From Paecilomyces variotii (Eukaryota): a stretch of DNA of 64,000 bases. The DNA lies in the NCBI GenBank assembly GCA_004022145.1, contig RCNU01000001.1; one strand, 5' to 3'. The translations under genes and the position numbers were made by a program. Below are positions 40,533-52,497 of this stretch, piece after piece. Below the pieces are notes generated by a model, which made no database searches, was not told the DNA's origin, and worked only from the letters and a program-made list of their open reading frames with translations. Every line of letters starts with the position of its first letter. Position 1 is the first letter of the stretch.

Positions 40533-41335
40533 CTAAGAACCAGCCCTCAACGCCCTCAACCTCGCACCCAACGCATCCTCCACATCCGCATCCGCATGCA
40601 CCGGCTCCGCCGCCGCCCTCTCCCTCACCTCCTCCTTAGGCGCCGAATCCTGCTCGAGCGTCATCCTCAAATCCACACCAGCCTTATCAGCCAACTTCTG
40701 CATCAACCGATCCACCTCCTCCTGGCCCTCGGGACCGTTCTCCTGCATCGACACCCCCTGCGCCACCTCCTCGATGGCATTACTCGCAATCTTGAAATCC
40801 TCCGACCGCGCCAAGAAGTTATTCGCATGGGACAGGAGGTTCTCCAAATTCACACTCCTCGACGCTGCTTCTAGGCCCTTACTCGCGACCGCGAGGGTGT
40901 AGGCCGTGTCGCGGGTGGATTGGACGGCTTTGAGCTCGTTGATGATCACTTCGGCGTGCGCGGCTTCGTATTTCAGTTTGATTTGGCGTTTCTTTTCGCG
41001 GACGGCGGAGCCGGCGTGGATGCGCGCGATGTCGAATTCGCGGTTCTCGATCGCTCGGTCGGCTTTCTTTTCTTCGGCTTCGGAGGTCTTGCCGGCGCGG
41101 ATGGCTTCTTTTTTGAGCCGGTTCATGTGCCACTGTATAGATTTGTTAGTGTTTCAGTAGTAATGGGTGATGTATTGTTTTTGGAAGATCGTGGAGAGGG
41201 TGATGATGTGACTTGACACACCCCTCATTCCCGGACCTGGGGTATAATGAGGGGAAAGAGGAAGAGCACGCGGAAAGACCAGAAACTCACTTGCACTTTG
41301 GCACGGGCTTCGAAGATGGGATCTTGCCGAGGCAT
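40533..41335 (-). CDS. didB: ESCRT-III associated Snf7-family protein Did2/Vps46 (CHMP1)
   Basis: IARIHAGSAVREK, EEVDRLMQKLADKAG, C-terminal MIM1-like DALGARLRALR; intron about 41133-41290. Confidence 0.85.
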
Positions 41336-42029
41336 GTTGATAGATACCTACGGCGATGATCCAGGGAGAGACAGATGGATGTGTTGGGAGAGAAGAAGAG
41401 CAGTCGAGATGTGGCGAAGACGTGATACATGGTCGATCCTCGTCCGTCGGAGACGTCCGCCGGGTAAAGAAAGACGACTAGACCAGCACGGGACTTGGCA
41501 ACGCAATTATTCTTTCTGCCTGAAGATGAATCAAATAGATATCGAGAAATTCAATTCAAGCATCATATTAACATGAAAAAATGACAGGTTATCACGTCGA
41601 ATGTATGGAATTAGTTCAGTGAATCAAGCATATCATATCGTACATACAACACCATACATGACTACGAACTACAGTTGGAACACAAGTAACAGTAATAATT
41701 AATAGCAAGTAGATTTATGTAGTGTACAACCTAACAACTAACAAGGCTTTCCCATCAGCAGCGACGTTAATGTCTGGCCGCCGTTCAGACCCCACGAACT
41801 CCGAGTACTCCCATGATAATCTTCGTAGCCAGAGTGCCCACTCCGCTTTGCCCGTTCTATATCCCTGGACCGTCGCTTGAATTTGCTGGACTTCCCAATA
41901 CAATCAATGGCAAACGCCATGGTCAACAACAACTCCCAATCCGGCCGGCCGGACCGGTCACCGACGGGCGACCAGGCCTGTCCGGCGAAGCGCTCCCTAA
42001 CCGCTAGCTGCAAGGTCTTGCCCGTCGCA

Positions 42030-43144
42030 TCACGAAGCGGACGCGCCAAGGCAGGGCTGCAAGCCAGAAGTCTGGTGAGAAGCTTCTTCCGAAAGACCGA
42101 TCGCCGGGTCTGTGCCGGAGAGGCCGACAGGCTCGGGGTCGAAATCAACCAGAGAATCAAAGGGAAATGCCGAGAGATCTCCTCCGGCGAGAAGGTCAAG
42201 GGCGAGCCCGTCTTCAGGGAGCGGAGAATCCGGCTCAGCGGGTGAATCACTGTAGAATAGGCGGCGGAAGTCATCGTCAGAAAGAGGAGCTGCATGATCA
42301 CGTACAGCGTCCGCTGGAACGCTGGATCGGCCGTCAAAGAGAGAGAGCGCGCCTGCGGAGCCTTCGAGGCCGCCGACTGACACTGCAGGTCACACAACAT
42401 CGCTGCAGGATGTTGTGTCAGGTCGGCGGCCTCAGCCAGATCCGAGGGCTTCAGGCTGGGGGGGTAATCGGTGATGGAGGGGGTCGGGAAGGGGATGCGG
42501 TCGAGGGAAACGTCGTCGCCCTCCTGCTTGAACAGGGTCGGGGTCAGCGTGGGCGAGGCCGCACTGCTGGGGACGGCCTTGGGGGAGTTGCTGCGGGATC
42601 CACGAATCTCGGCGGAGAGCTGAGCAACCTGCCGGTTAAGGCGACTGTTCTCTGCTTCGATCTGCGCGAGTCGCTGGAGCAGGAACTGGTTCTGCTGCTC
42701 CATCCGTTGCTTCTCCCCCTCGAGTTTCTCGACCTCGAGCCTCTTGCGCTCCCGGGAGGTCTGCGCTGCCGCTCGATTCCGCAGGACGCGTTCGATGCGG
42801 CGCTGTTCTTTTTCATCTTCTGTTTTGGCTCGTTTTCTGGGGCACAGTTAGCGGCGCTGGGTTCGAGGCGAGGTAATATTTATATAGTCGCCGTGACGGG
42901 ATGCTCACCTTGGAGGTAGGTTGGTCTTGGGAACGGGGAGCTCCTGGCCCCATGATTTCCGCTTCTTGACCGGCTTCTTTTCCTCTGTCTTGCTGTCTTC
43001 GGCCTTGGGCTCTGGGGAGGCGGAGAGAGAGGTATCGGCGGGGGAGATGGTCAGCTGGGGCACGTCCGATCCTGGCGTGGAGGGCGACGGGTCCAGCGAG
43101 AAGAGGTTGTCGTGTTCCATGGTGTCCATGTTGGTTCTATCCAT
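42030..43144 (-). CDS. hacA: UPR bZIP transcription factor HacA; spliced form about 340 aa, unspliced form runs to 41738 (about 444 aa)
   Basis: KKRKSWGQELPVPKTNLPPR|KRAKTEDEKEQRRIERVLRNRAAAQTSRERKR; spliceosomal intron 42837-42908; 20-nt Ire1 intron. Confidence 0.97.
42386..42405 (-). other. Unconventional 20-nt Ire1-cleaved intron of hacA
   Basis: Minus strand ACAACATCCTG^CAGCGATGTTGTGTGACCTG^CAGTGTCA: two CNG^CNG loops in paired stems; removal shifts to the frame AVSVGGLEG...ASAS*. Confidence 0.95.
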
Positions 43145-43168
43145 TCTTTTTTGTCTATCGTGAATTCC

Positions 43169-43259
43169 TTAGAGATTCTCGATCATACAAAGAAAGAAGA
43201 GAGAGACGTCTGGTAGAGATGATGGAGACGATCTAATGGGCCATCTGCCACGGTGTCAT
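43169..43259 (-). promoter_or_regulatory. Two short uORFs in the hacA 5' region (MTPWQMAH* 43233-43259; MIENL* 43169-43186)
   Basis: ATG-stop ORFs read on the minus strand just upstream of the hacA ATG; transcript start not known. Confidence 0.6.
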
Positions 43260-45007
43260 CACGACTAACCCCAGGAGGGGGAGAAGACAGAGAAGATAGA
43301 CAAGTTCCGCTAGCTGGTCGAGAAGAGGACACCTGGCCAGAAGGAGTGATGGATAAATGGCCGCCTGGAAACAGCAACTTGATCTGGGGACACGACGGCC
43401 TTTAAGAAAGGCCAGCGTGGTCTCATCCAGGGGTGAGCCTGGTAATCATCATGTACTGTACTGTCACGTAACAATGAGACTCCGCCACCGCCTGCTCTTC
43501 CGGTGGATCCGGAACATCTGGTCCGTCGCCGTAGAAGGACGCCAATTGGTTCTAGCGGCCCCTGCTATTTTTACGTTACGCACGCCGATTACGTGCTGGA
43601 CCGGTTATATGATGACTGCTATTATTATCAATTATCATCATCATCATTATTCTCCTTTTTATTATGATAATAATATCATTGTATTGGGGTCAATAGATCC
43701 CTCTTAAGTTACTCTTCACAACTACTATACACTCCTACATACCTCGTTCCCCAGTGGAATGTTGGGCAAGAGCAGATACATCCATCCATTCATTCATCCC
43801 ATTCTCATTCCCACTCTTATTCTCCCTTCTCCACTCTTTGTCCCCCCTCCTTGCGGCATCTGAAACAGTCGGATTTCAGCTCTGGTCTGGTCACCCCTGG
43901 TCTAGTCTAGTCTAGTCTACCGTATTCTAGTCCCGCCCCCGTTCAGCGGCAGCCTGATCGCTGATCGACCAGATCAACTACTGTATCTACTATCTATTCT
44001 ACTTTAGACAACGCTCGAGAACACACTAAGAACAATACCATTCTACACCGATTATTCTCTAGTAATCACTCTACGGGAGGATACTGAGTTATTATTATTA
44101 TCATTATTATTACTTTCGAGTAACTCCGTAGTACGGAGTATTTGTAACTAGTAATGGATAAGAACAGTTAATAAGGGGTCTATCTTACGTACCTCTGTCA
44201 CGTAACTTGATTGTAGACCATCCCCCTCAAGGGCGGGAAAGGAGGGGGGCAGTGTCGATCGCGCCATGGAAGTACTACCATAACATGAATTCAAATATTA
44301 CCTGAACCAACACTCGCATATTGGCACACACACACAGCCTCTTAGAAGTCAATAATGTAATTAATTGATTACTGTGTTGAACACTGCAGCAGAGTAGTTA
44401 ACTATGGTAGAATGCCTTATGGTATTCAGCCCCCATTCTTCCGATCAGTGTCCAATTTCTCACGTCATTCATCTATTTTGGATTGTCATTGTCCCTTTTT
44501 ATTCATCCGATGAGGAATAACTGATTCAGTGGTGTGCTATTCTAAGCACTTACTCGAGAGTGCAGCACCCGGTTTCTAGTAGTCGAAGTGCATGCATGCA
44601 CTTGTAGTTAGTTTATGATATGGATTAGTTACGAGATACAAAGAAAAGAGAAAAGAAAAGAAATAGTGGCTCAGTACTTCTTCAGTTCAGCATATGCATG
44701 GTCATTTCTCAAGTCAGTCGGTATGTCACACTGCCAAGTTAAGTGATGTAATATATATAATAATGTAATGTTTCGAGGCCAATTCAATAGGAATGCTTTT
44801 GTGTCTAGGATGATCGTTCCATTGTAAAATAAAACCAAGGGCCATTGAACACCGCTGCGAGGTATATCAGGAAAACGTAGTAAAGAAAGTCAAACATGTC
44901 CCAATCAGATCGCACAAACGCCCAGTCAAGCCATGAGAATGTGCCGCATTTCTATTCCGTTGCATTCAACAAATTCCCTGCCTTCTCAATTCGAGTTTCT
45001 TCCTCGT

Positions 45008-46636
45008 CTAGAGAGCCATGTCCATCGTGTCATCGCCTGCATCGCCCGCTCCCTGTCCGGCTTCCGGAGCTACAACTCCCCGGCCTCTGCCTGCCAGCAG
45101 CTCGCGACGCACCTCGGGTCCTATATCCTTGTGGCCCCGCACGAGCAACAGGTCCAGCAGCGCCTCACGCTGGTCCTCCGTGATGTCGTTGCGGTACCGC
45201 TGCGCAAACACCAGCAGCGACTGATGCCACAGCACCGGCAGCTTAAAGTTCTTCGCGGCCGCCGCAGACGGTGTCTGTCCCTGCATCAGCGTATCCTCGC
45301 TGTTGTCCATCGCCCGGAATCGAAGGAAGTGGAAGACCAGAGCGTCAATGACCTTGTACGGCAGCGCGTACTTCTTCTCCAGGAAGACCCGGATGAACGT
45401 GTTGACCGCGCCGGTGCCCTCGGACGACAGCGACGCCGACGTCTGCTCGGCGGAAATGTCGCACATGCGCAGCAGTGCAGCAGCCGAGTGCAGAACTGGA
45501 ATCGACACACGGGCGATCACAGAGGAAATAATGTGGGCTTCGCGAAGGGTGCAGGTGCCGGTGCCGACGAGGGGGAAGAGAAGGCCCTTGAAGAAGCAGG
45601 CCGGCTTGTAGAGCGCTTTCTTCAGAGCGTTGTAAATGTGCACATTCAGCTTCTTGGTCTCGTGGATGTCGTGACGAACACGGTCCAGCAGGACGATATT
45701 GATAAATTCCTGGGCCACAACGGGCTTGTGCGAGATGAAGATTTTCGTGCCGGCGTAGACGGCGTTGGGAGACCAATTCTCCGGTCGGGTAATATCAAGC
45801 AGCGTCTGCCATTGAGGAAGGGTAGGAAGGATCTTGAAGGGCTTCGGTAGCGGGCCGGACTTGTATCGCGAGAGAAGCATACCGACTCTGGATGAACGTT
45901 AGCATCCATGGCTCCGGATGACAGTATATCTATCTATACTTACTTCTCATACACCTCCACTGCCTTGGCCGGGATCTGGACAGCATCCTCGGGCAATCCA
46001 CCGCCCTGGATATGCGGTCCGGTGTTTCCAGCCTGCTTGGCCTCGTACGCGGCAATCTTCTCCAGGATAAGATCTGTCAGATTCGTGCCGGGACCTTCGT
46101 CCTCGTCTGCTGAACGAGGGTTGAAGATGGGGTCCTGATCACCACCGGGAATAAACTTATGGAACAAATCGAGGTCGTTAGGGTCGAGTTCCTATGCTCA
46201 ATTAGCATCTTCTTCCAGTAGTGAACGGCCTCTATACGCAGGTGCCCGCGATATATGATAGCATTCAACAACATACCACTTCCTCGACCTCCTCCTCCCA
46301 ATCCTCCTCACCAAACTGCGCACCATCATCTGACATATTATCATCATCTTCAAACCGCGACTCGAAGTGGAATGCAGAGTTTATCTTCGGCTCCGTCTCT
46401 CCCAGCGCGGCCCTGGTTTCCGCCGCATCCTCATCGGCGAGATCCTGACCGATCTGCAGGATCTTTCGTGATGCCTTCGCATCGATGTAGTGCTCGCCCT
46501 CATCATCGCTGGTCTGCTGCGACTTGCGTTTACCGGAAGATTTCGTACGCAAATGTCCTGTCGCAACCAAATCGTCGGCGAGCGGATTGTGCCTGCGGGC
46601 AGCGGCCGCGGAGCGGGAAGAAGTAGCCTTGGGCAT
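45008..46636 (-). CDS. enp1: Bystin / Enp1, 40S ribosome biogenesis
   Basis: RRHNPL, ASRKILQIGQD, YKSGPLPKPFK, LKKALYKPACFFKG, LPVLWHQSLLVFAQRY; 2 introns. Confidence 0.95.
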
Positions 46637-47079
46637 GGTGATACCCTTTTTTCGCGTTCTCCGAAGGGGGTCCGGAGATATTCGAGATTCAGTATAGATG
46701 TGACCCCGTTCAGAAACACAGACTCTTCTTTTCGTCTTGCTGGGAAGAGCAATTCTGCTGTCTTCGTCGCCGCTTGCTCCAATCTCATGCCCCTCAAAAT
46801 TGTGTGTAAATTTTTGGTCATGTGACTTTAAGCGTTGCCGTAGTGCGGGCGGTGAGAGCCCGATAAGCCAACCACGTGACAGTATACAGGCTAGACCCGT
46901 TCGGGTTAGAGGGTAGGTAGGGCACCCCTCTGTCAAGATCAGCGATTGTAACCCTCGGAATAAGTACTCCGTACTACGAATGGTATATTCGCGACAAGTA
47001 TCTCGCGATCATCTAAATATATCTAAGTGGTAACGGATGAACTGGCCCGCAACAAAAGTCTATGTAGCTATTCGCCGGA

Positions 47080-48405
47080 TCATACTGCCAGTTCTTCGAC
47101 AAGGATTCTTTGGATTTCGTCCAAATATGTCTGAATATCACTGGGAGATTCGTACCCGTCATTGAAACTGTAGACCAGGCGGAGGCTGTCCCGAAACGTG
47201 TAAACGAAAAACATGCTCATGCCCAAAACAACATCGACTCCGATTTTCACATCTTTAACAGTGAAAGCGTCACCGTACGTGCGCTGCAGGTGACGCTCAA
47301 CTATACCTAAGCTACTTACCAGTGCGTCTCTGGAGATTGGCTTTTCAGCGAACTCTGGTGTCTGGACAGCGTCGAGCATGCTGCGTGTGAAAGGCTCCTT
47401 GAGTCCTAGGTTGTCCGGGTTTCCCTTGAAGGTATTCTTATAGTAGTTGTCCAAGAGATATGCTGTGTCCCAGAAGGAAGAAGGAAGGTCCATCCGAAAA
47501 GCAAAAGGTGTATAGTAGACCGAGACAGCATAGGTGCTGGTACAGTACGGCCCTGGGAGATATGGTCGCAGGTTGAACTGGTTTGCGGTCACATATTGCG
47601 AACTTTTGAAGTTGAAATCCCCATGCTTGACGACCATTTGGATGTATGCTGCATGTATAGCAGCAGTGACAGTCACACCTTTATCTTTACATGCCTTGAC
47701 AATGGCCGCAGTCATGTTCGAGGGAAAGACAAGCTCCGTGTGCTGACATTGACCGGACGGTGCATTTCCGACCTTCGAGACAGGGCCAATTCCGGGAAAA
47801 CTATCAAACCAGTCTGCAACGAGAGTGCGCACTTTCTCGTCCTTCTCAGCTTGTTCTGGGTAGCCCAGAATTTCTTCCGTAGTGGGCGCCAGTCTGGTAT
47901 GCTCGTCACCGAACTTGATATCCTGCGCAGGAGCTGTCAGGGCGCTCAGGTATCTGTGCCAAAAGAGCAGCACGCCAGTACCATCAATCAAGTAGTGGTG
48001 AGCACGAAACACAAGCTCGGAAGACTTTGGGATATAGTACAGCGTCGCCTGTTTAATTGGTGTGGCTTTCCGGTACAGTTCCTCTGCGTCTGAAGCTGAT
48101 GAAACAATAAATGTTGAGGTAACCCATTCCTGTAAGGAGGTCTCATCTGGCACCTCATACACCAATTTCATGCCTTCGACCGTCGCCGCTATCTGGGGCT
48201 GTTCGTATCGTAGTTGTGTCCAGGCGTGTTTTAACGCGGACTCCGCATCGGTCAGATCAGTCTCGATGGTAAGCTTGGAGTAGAGAACATAATGCTGGCG
48301 GCCGTCGCACAATCATCCCGAGAATGCCCCGGCGACGACAAAGTAGCCTTCAAGGCCGTCAAGAGGACGCTCCCACCGGTTGTATGATGTATTTGACCAA
48401 CCCAT
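47080..48405 (-). pseudogene. CoA-dependent (HxxxD) acyltransferase, Tri3/alcohol-acetyltransferase-like, with in-frame TGA at codon 31
   Basis: ATG 48405 MGWSNTSYNRWERPLDGLEGYFVVAGAFSG*LCDGRQHY...; AWTQLRYEQPQIA, AHHYLIDGTG, TVTAAIHAA, VSSLG, YTFRDSL. Confidence 0.8.
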
Positions 48406-49079
48406 GATTCCTCCTGTATACACTCTATGTGCGATTGAAAGCTATCCCAGTCTTGAATTTCAATAGCAGTGTGGCACAATAACAAGAAATTCTGAAGTTG
48501 AAAATGAGAAATGTGCCGAATCTTATGGTACCGAAGCAATAGTAAATGTTGAACCTCTAGCTGGTAGAGCGAGTTGCTTGCCTGACTATAGGTCTAGGGT
48601 GAGGTGATATGTTTCCTAGACATACAAATAATCTAGCTTCTAGTGATCTACATACTAGCTTCTGGCCCCCAAAACCAAGGTGATGAAGCTAAGCACGAAG
48701 AACAAGTTGTAAACGGATGATATTACAGATTACCATGCGTGTGGCCTTTGTGCAACGACAATAGGGATGATTGTCAAGCTTAGCTGACGACCCGATAGCG
48801 GCAGGTGGCCTAAGTCTTGGTTTAATGTCAATGCGGCTGACTCGATAGAAAGGAAAATACGCATAATTAATGCGAAGCCACGATGAATTCTGTGCACTAC
48901 AGTTAGTTGATAAGTATAATTTGACTGACTTTCTATCTTCAGCCTGTTGCAGTCCGATATCAGCCCCCTGCCCCGCGTCAATTATGCCGCTGCTTTAGGC
49001 AAGGCCACCTGTAAGGAAATATAAAAGCTTATCCAGAACGAACTAGAGTAGAAATATAGCAATATTATACAAGGCAACC

Positions 49080-50465
49080 ATGCCGTGGAGCCAAAGTGAA
49101 GATAATGTCTTTTCTCGCCCCTTGGGCGAGAACGAGACTTTCCTGAAGCTCATCGGTGATTCAGGCCTTAGTTTGCAGCGTGAACACTGGGCAGTCAACT
49201 TCACGGCAAAAATAGACACAACTGGCTCTTTCGATGATGATGATGAATTCCTCGCTGCCCAGCTGCGGCGGGCCTGGGCTCATTTGCGCTTCCAACATCC
49301 CAGCCTGGCAGCCGAGCCGGAGGGCAACCATCTGCGGTATACAGTGCCCCTGTCCAAGATAGCGCTCCAGGACTGGGTCGACAAGACATTCACAGTGGTA
49401 TCAGATGCACCATCTACGTCTGAACTCATCACGACACTAAAGCCTACGCCATATGCACAATTGTACTTCTTGCCCAAGAGCCGCGAGATCCTCGGGCACA
49501 CAGCGCATTGGCGCTCCGATGGAGTTGGAACGATGATGCTTCTCAATGCGCTTCTGGAGCTTTTAGCACGGCCAGATCTACCACAAGATCCATGGACTGC
49601 TCTCCCGTGGGGACAAGAAGTTGGTTCCCTACCACCAAGCGTGGAAGAAGCAGCTGCAGTACCAGAGGAACCATCAAGCGCGCAAGCCGCACAAGGAAGA
49701 AAAGCCTTCGAGACGTTTGGTCTAGCAGCAGGCGCTATAGGGATTCCTTGCCTGGGGGACAGCACTACTATACCAAGGGGAACCCGATGTGTATGCGTCA
49801 CGCTGTCACCACAGACAACCGCAGCAGTAGTGGAGGCTGTACGATCCCGAGACCTGAGCGTGACCGCTGCTGTACATGCCAGCATCGCGGCAGCGAATTT
49901 CCAACTCGCAGACCCATCACAGCGTGATAGACACTACACCAGCACAATCCGGTTCACCCTGCGGCCATATATGCCAAAGCCATACAGTGGACCGGAGTAT
50001 GCCTCCATGCTTCTGACAACTGGATGGATGGCACAAGTAAGCCCAGCAGAGAACTGGGCAACGCATGCGCAGAAATATCGGCAGGAATATCGCACAGCTA
50101 TCTCGCCAGAATACCTGGGTGGCCATCGCGAGTATGCACGACTCCTATGCGATCTACTACGCAACAGTCCTGAAACAGAGGAGAAGCCACCTAGCGAGGT
50201 AGATATAAGCAGTATCGGCGTGATCGAAAAATGGATACGCCGTGAGTACGGCACGCCGAATTCGTCCATTCGAGTGCAGGCAATCAGCGTTGGGCTGGAA
50301 ATGCTGACTCGGCAGGCTGTTTGCTTTGTGTGGACTTTTAGAGACTGTTTGAATTTGCAGATTGTTTATAACAAGGCTTTCCATGCGCCAGAACAGATGC
50401 AGGCCTTTGCAGAGACGACCAGAGCTGTGCTGTTAAAAGAATTGGGAGTGATGGGTACGGATTGA
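49080..50465 (+). CDS. CoA-dependent (HxxxD) acyltransferase, Tri3/alcohol-acetyltransferase-like
   Basis: Intronless 461 aa; AWAHLRFQHPSLA, TAHWRSDGVG, SVTAAVHAS, ISSIG, WTFRDCL. Confidence 0.85.
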   Translation: MPWSQSEDNVFSRPLGENETFLKLIGDSGLSLQREHWAVNFTAKIDTTGSFDDDDEFLAAQLRRAWAHLRFQHPSLAAEPEGNHLRYTVPLSKIALQDWVDKTFTVVSDAPSTSELITTLKPTPYAQLYFLPKSREILGHTAHWRSDGVGTMMLLNALLELLARPDLPQDPWTALPWGQEVGSLPPSVEEAAAVPEEPSSAQAAQGRKAFETFGLAAGAIGIPCLGDSTTIPRGTRCVCVTLSPQTTAAVVEAVRSRDLSVTAAVHASIAAANFQLADPSQRDRHYTSTIRFTLRPYMPKPYSGPEYASMLLTTGWMAQVSPAENWATHAQKYRQEYRTAISPEYLGGHREYARLLCDLLRNSPETEEKPPSEVDISSIGVIEKWIRREYGTPNSSIRVQAISVGLEMLTRQAVCFVWTFRDCLNLQIVYNKAFHAPEQMQAFAETTRAVLLKELGVMGTD

Positions 50466-51225
50466 GCGGGAATTGATTTGTATATACTTCAATCTGGGGA
50501 TATATGCTTGTTTCCAGAACTTGATGTCTACTGCTCTCGTCTTCAAGATCTGCGACATGTCAGTGTTCTTCTACGTCGTATACCATCGTCTATTATAGTC
50601 CGCTCAATCCCGCAGCTAGGACTGGGACCTATCTGATCTGCTCAACAAAGCCATGGACGATTTGGTCCTCGTAGACACCATTATAATAGCGCCCTCAGGG
50701 TGACCTGGATAATGGACATTGCTTATAGACCTAACAATGAATAGCAGGAGAAGAGGATATCGCACAATATCCTTTCAACAAACAAGGAATTAGAAAGAAC
50801 AGCGCTAAAAGGCAATGTCCTATGTATCTATGCCAGGCTGATCATTGTACGGTATGTTGTCTAGTGATGAATGAAGAGGGGTGCTTAGCAAGTGAAGCTG
50901 GAAGAGTGAAAGACCCGCGTGAAGGGGAACACACTCACCCTGAAAGGGAAAAGCTCTATCTAGTCAAAACTGTCGGCCATTTCCTGCAACTTGACCAGAT
51001 TCCATTCACCAATCGCCTGAGATTGTTGGACATTCCCTTCATAAATATTCTCTGGATACTCCTCCTCTCCTCACCGCCTTCATCGCAACCCACGCTTACT
51101 GGCTACTCTTCTGGCTATCTTCCTCACCGCCTTGCACACAGCGCCTCGCTAGTCCTGATTCTGATCTCAGCACGTGCTGTTCGGATATTTTGACCAGCAA
51201 AACAAGACTCTCACCGCCTTCGACA

Positions 51226-52388
51226 ATGGCGTCTCATTCCCAACCGTGTAAGTTCTGCCCTCCGCTTTATATATTTAGCTGCTCTTCCTCGAGGACGAAC
51301 TTCTCCCCGCATCGCACTCGTTCTCTGTATCTCTATATACACTGACCTAACGCGCACCTCTTCTTGCTCTGTCTGTTTTATATATATTCGAGTGCGATTG
51401 TACATTATCTTATATACATATATATACTAACTCGCAGCAGTTACTGCTGCTCCGGCGGCTGCTCCAGCCAACCAACCTCCAGTCTTACCGGAGTCAGCAG
51501 GGACTCGCTGGGCCCCTCGAGATCCGTTGAGGCCCGGCGCGGCGGGCGAAGCTTCGAGCCTTTGGGTCAAGGAAGCTGCCGCATTTGGGGGAAGGCTTCT
51601 TTGGGGCTGCGCACACTGCGGCAGCACGGCAACCCGCTTCAAGGGCCTCCGTGATCATCACAGTGGGAGGGACGGCTCTAGGGGCATGCACCCGGATCAT
51701 CCCTTTGAGGACTTTACGTGCTGTATAAATAATCCGAATGTGAGTGGTTCCGCTATACTTTTCGCCCATGGTTCCCATTGTGGAGGCTATCCAGGTGGGA
51801 GATTTGGAGATTTGGATAGACTTATGCTTGACAAAGAAAGATGCTGACATTGGTGATCATTCACAGCTGCAAACCCCGCGTCCTCTCATTCCCGAACTCA
51901 GGGAAGCGGCAGTCAGGGCAATCAACGAGGGCAGAGTGCTGCCATATACTCTCCAACGCTTCGACCAATTTTATACCGGCCCTGCGCTCCCTGCATACCC
52001 TCCTGGCCTTGCGCCAGCCGGCCTCGCTCCCTCTTTTGCTCCAACTCTGGCCCCAGCCCCGGCCCTTGGTCCTGGTCCTCTTCTTCCTACTCTTCCTGAC
52101 TTCGGTCATCTCACCAGTCTAAATCAGCATACGCCTGCTGCCAACAATTTCCCTGCCCCTTCCTCCGCCTATTCCTCTGATCAAGCTGCCGGCCCGGCTT
52201 TCGAGGATTTCCCCACCACGTCTGACCAGTGGCCTTTCTTCCCAGAAGAGGACTACCCGGTTCTGGGAGAACAGCAAACAGGGGCAGGCACAGAAGTAGA
52301 ATTCGGCAGTCAGTACTACTCGTATAACCCCGGAGAATACGAGGAAAGGTACGAGGAAGAAAACCAGGAAGGCGAGTCGTCTTTCTAG
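51226..52388 (+). CDS. Putative 3-exon protein (about 281 aa) with a C2H2-like finger and Pro-rich/acidic tail
   Basis: Exons 51226-51247, 51438-51739, 51867-52388; donors GTAAGT/GTGAGT, branch sites CTAAC/CTGAC, CAG acceptors; total 846 nt in one open frame; WGCAHCGSTATRFKGLRDHHSG. Confidence 0.65.
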
Positions 52389-52497
52389 GAGCTCGAGCGG
52401 TGTGCCATCGGTCAGCATCTAACAGATTATTTTTATTGCTCTATTGTGGTTGTGTTGCTCGGCCTGTACCAGGCGGCTATTTCCTTCTATTTCGAAA

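Noticed and set aside
42167-42919. 250-aa + strand ORF
   Set aside because: Antisense to GC-rich hacA; low complexity
44933-45850. 305-aa + strand ORF
   Set aside because: Antisense shadow of the GC3-rich bystin CDS; no recognisable motifs
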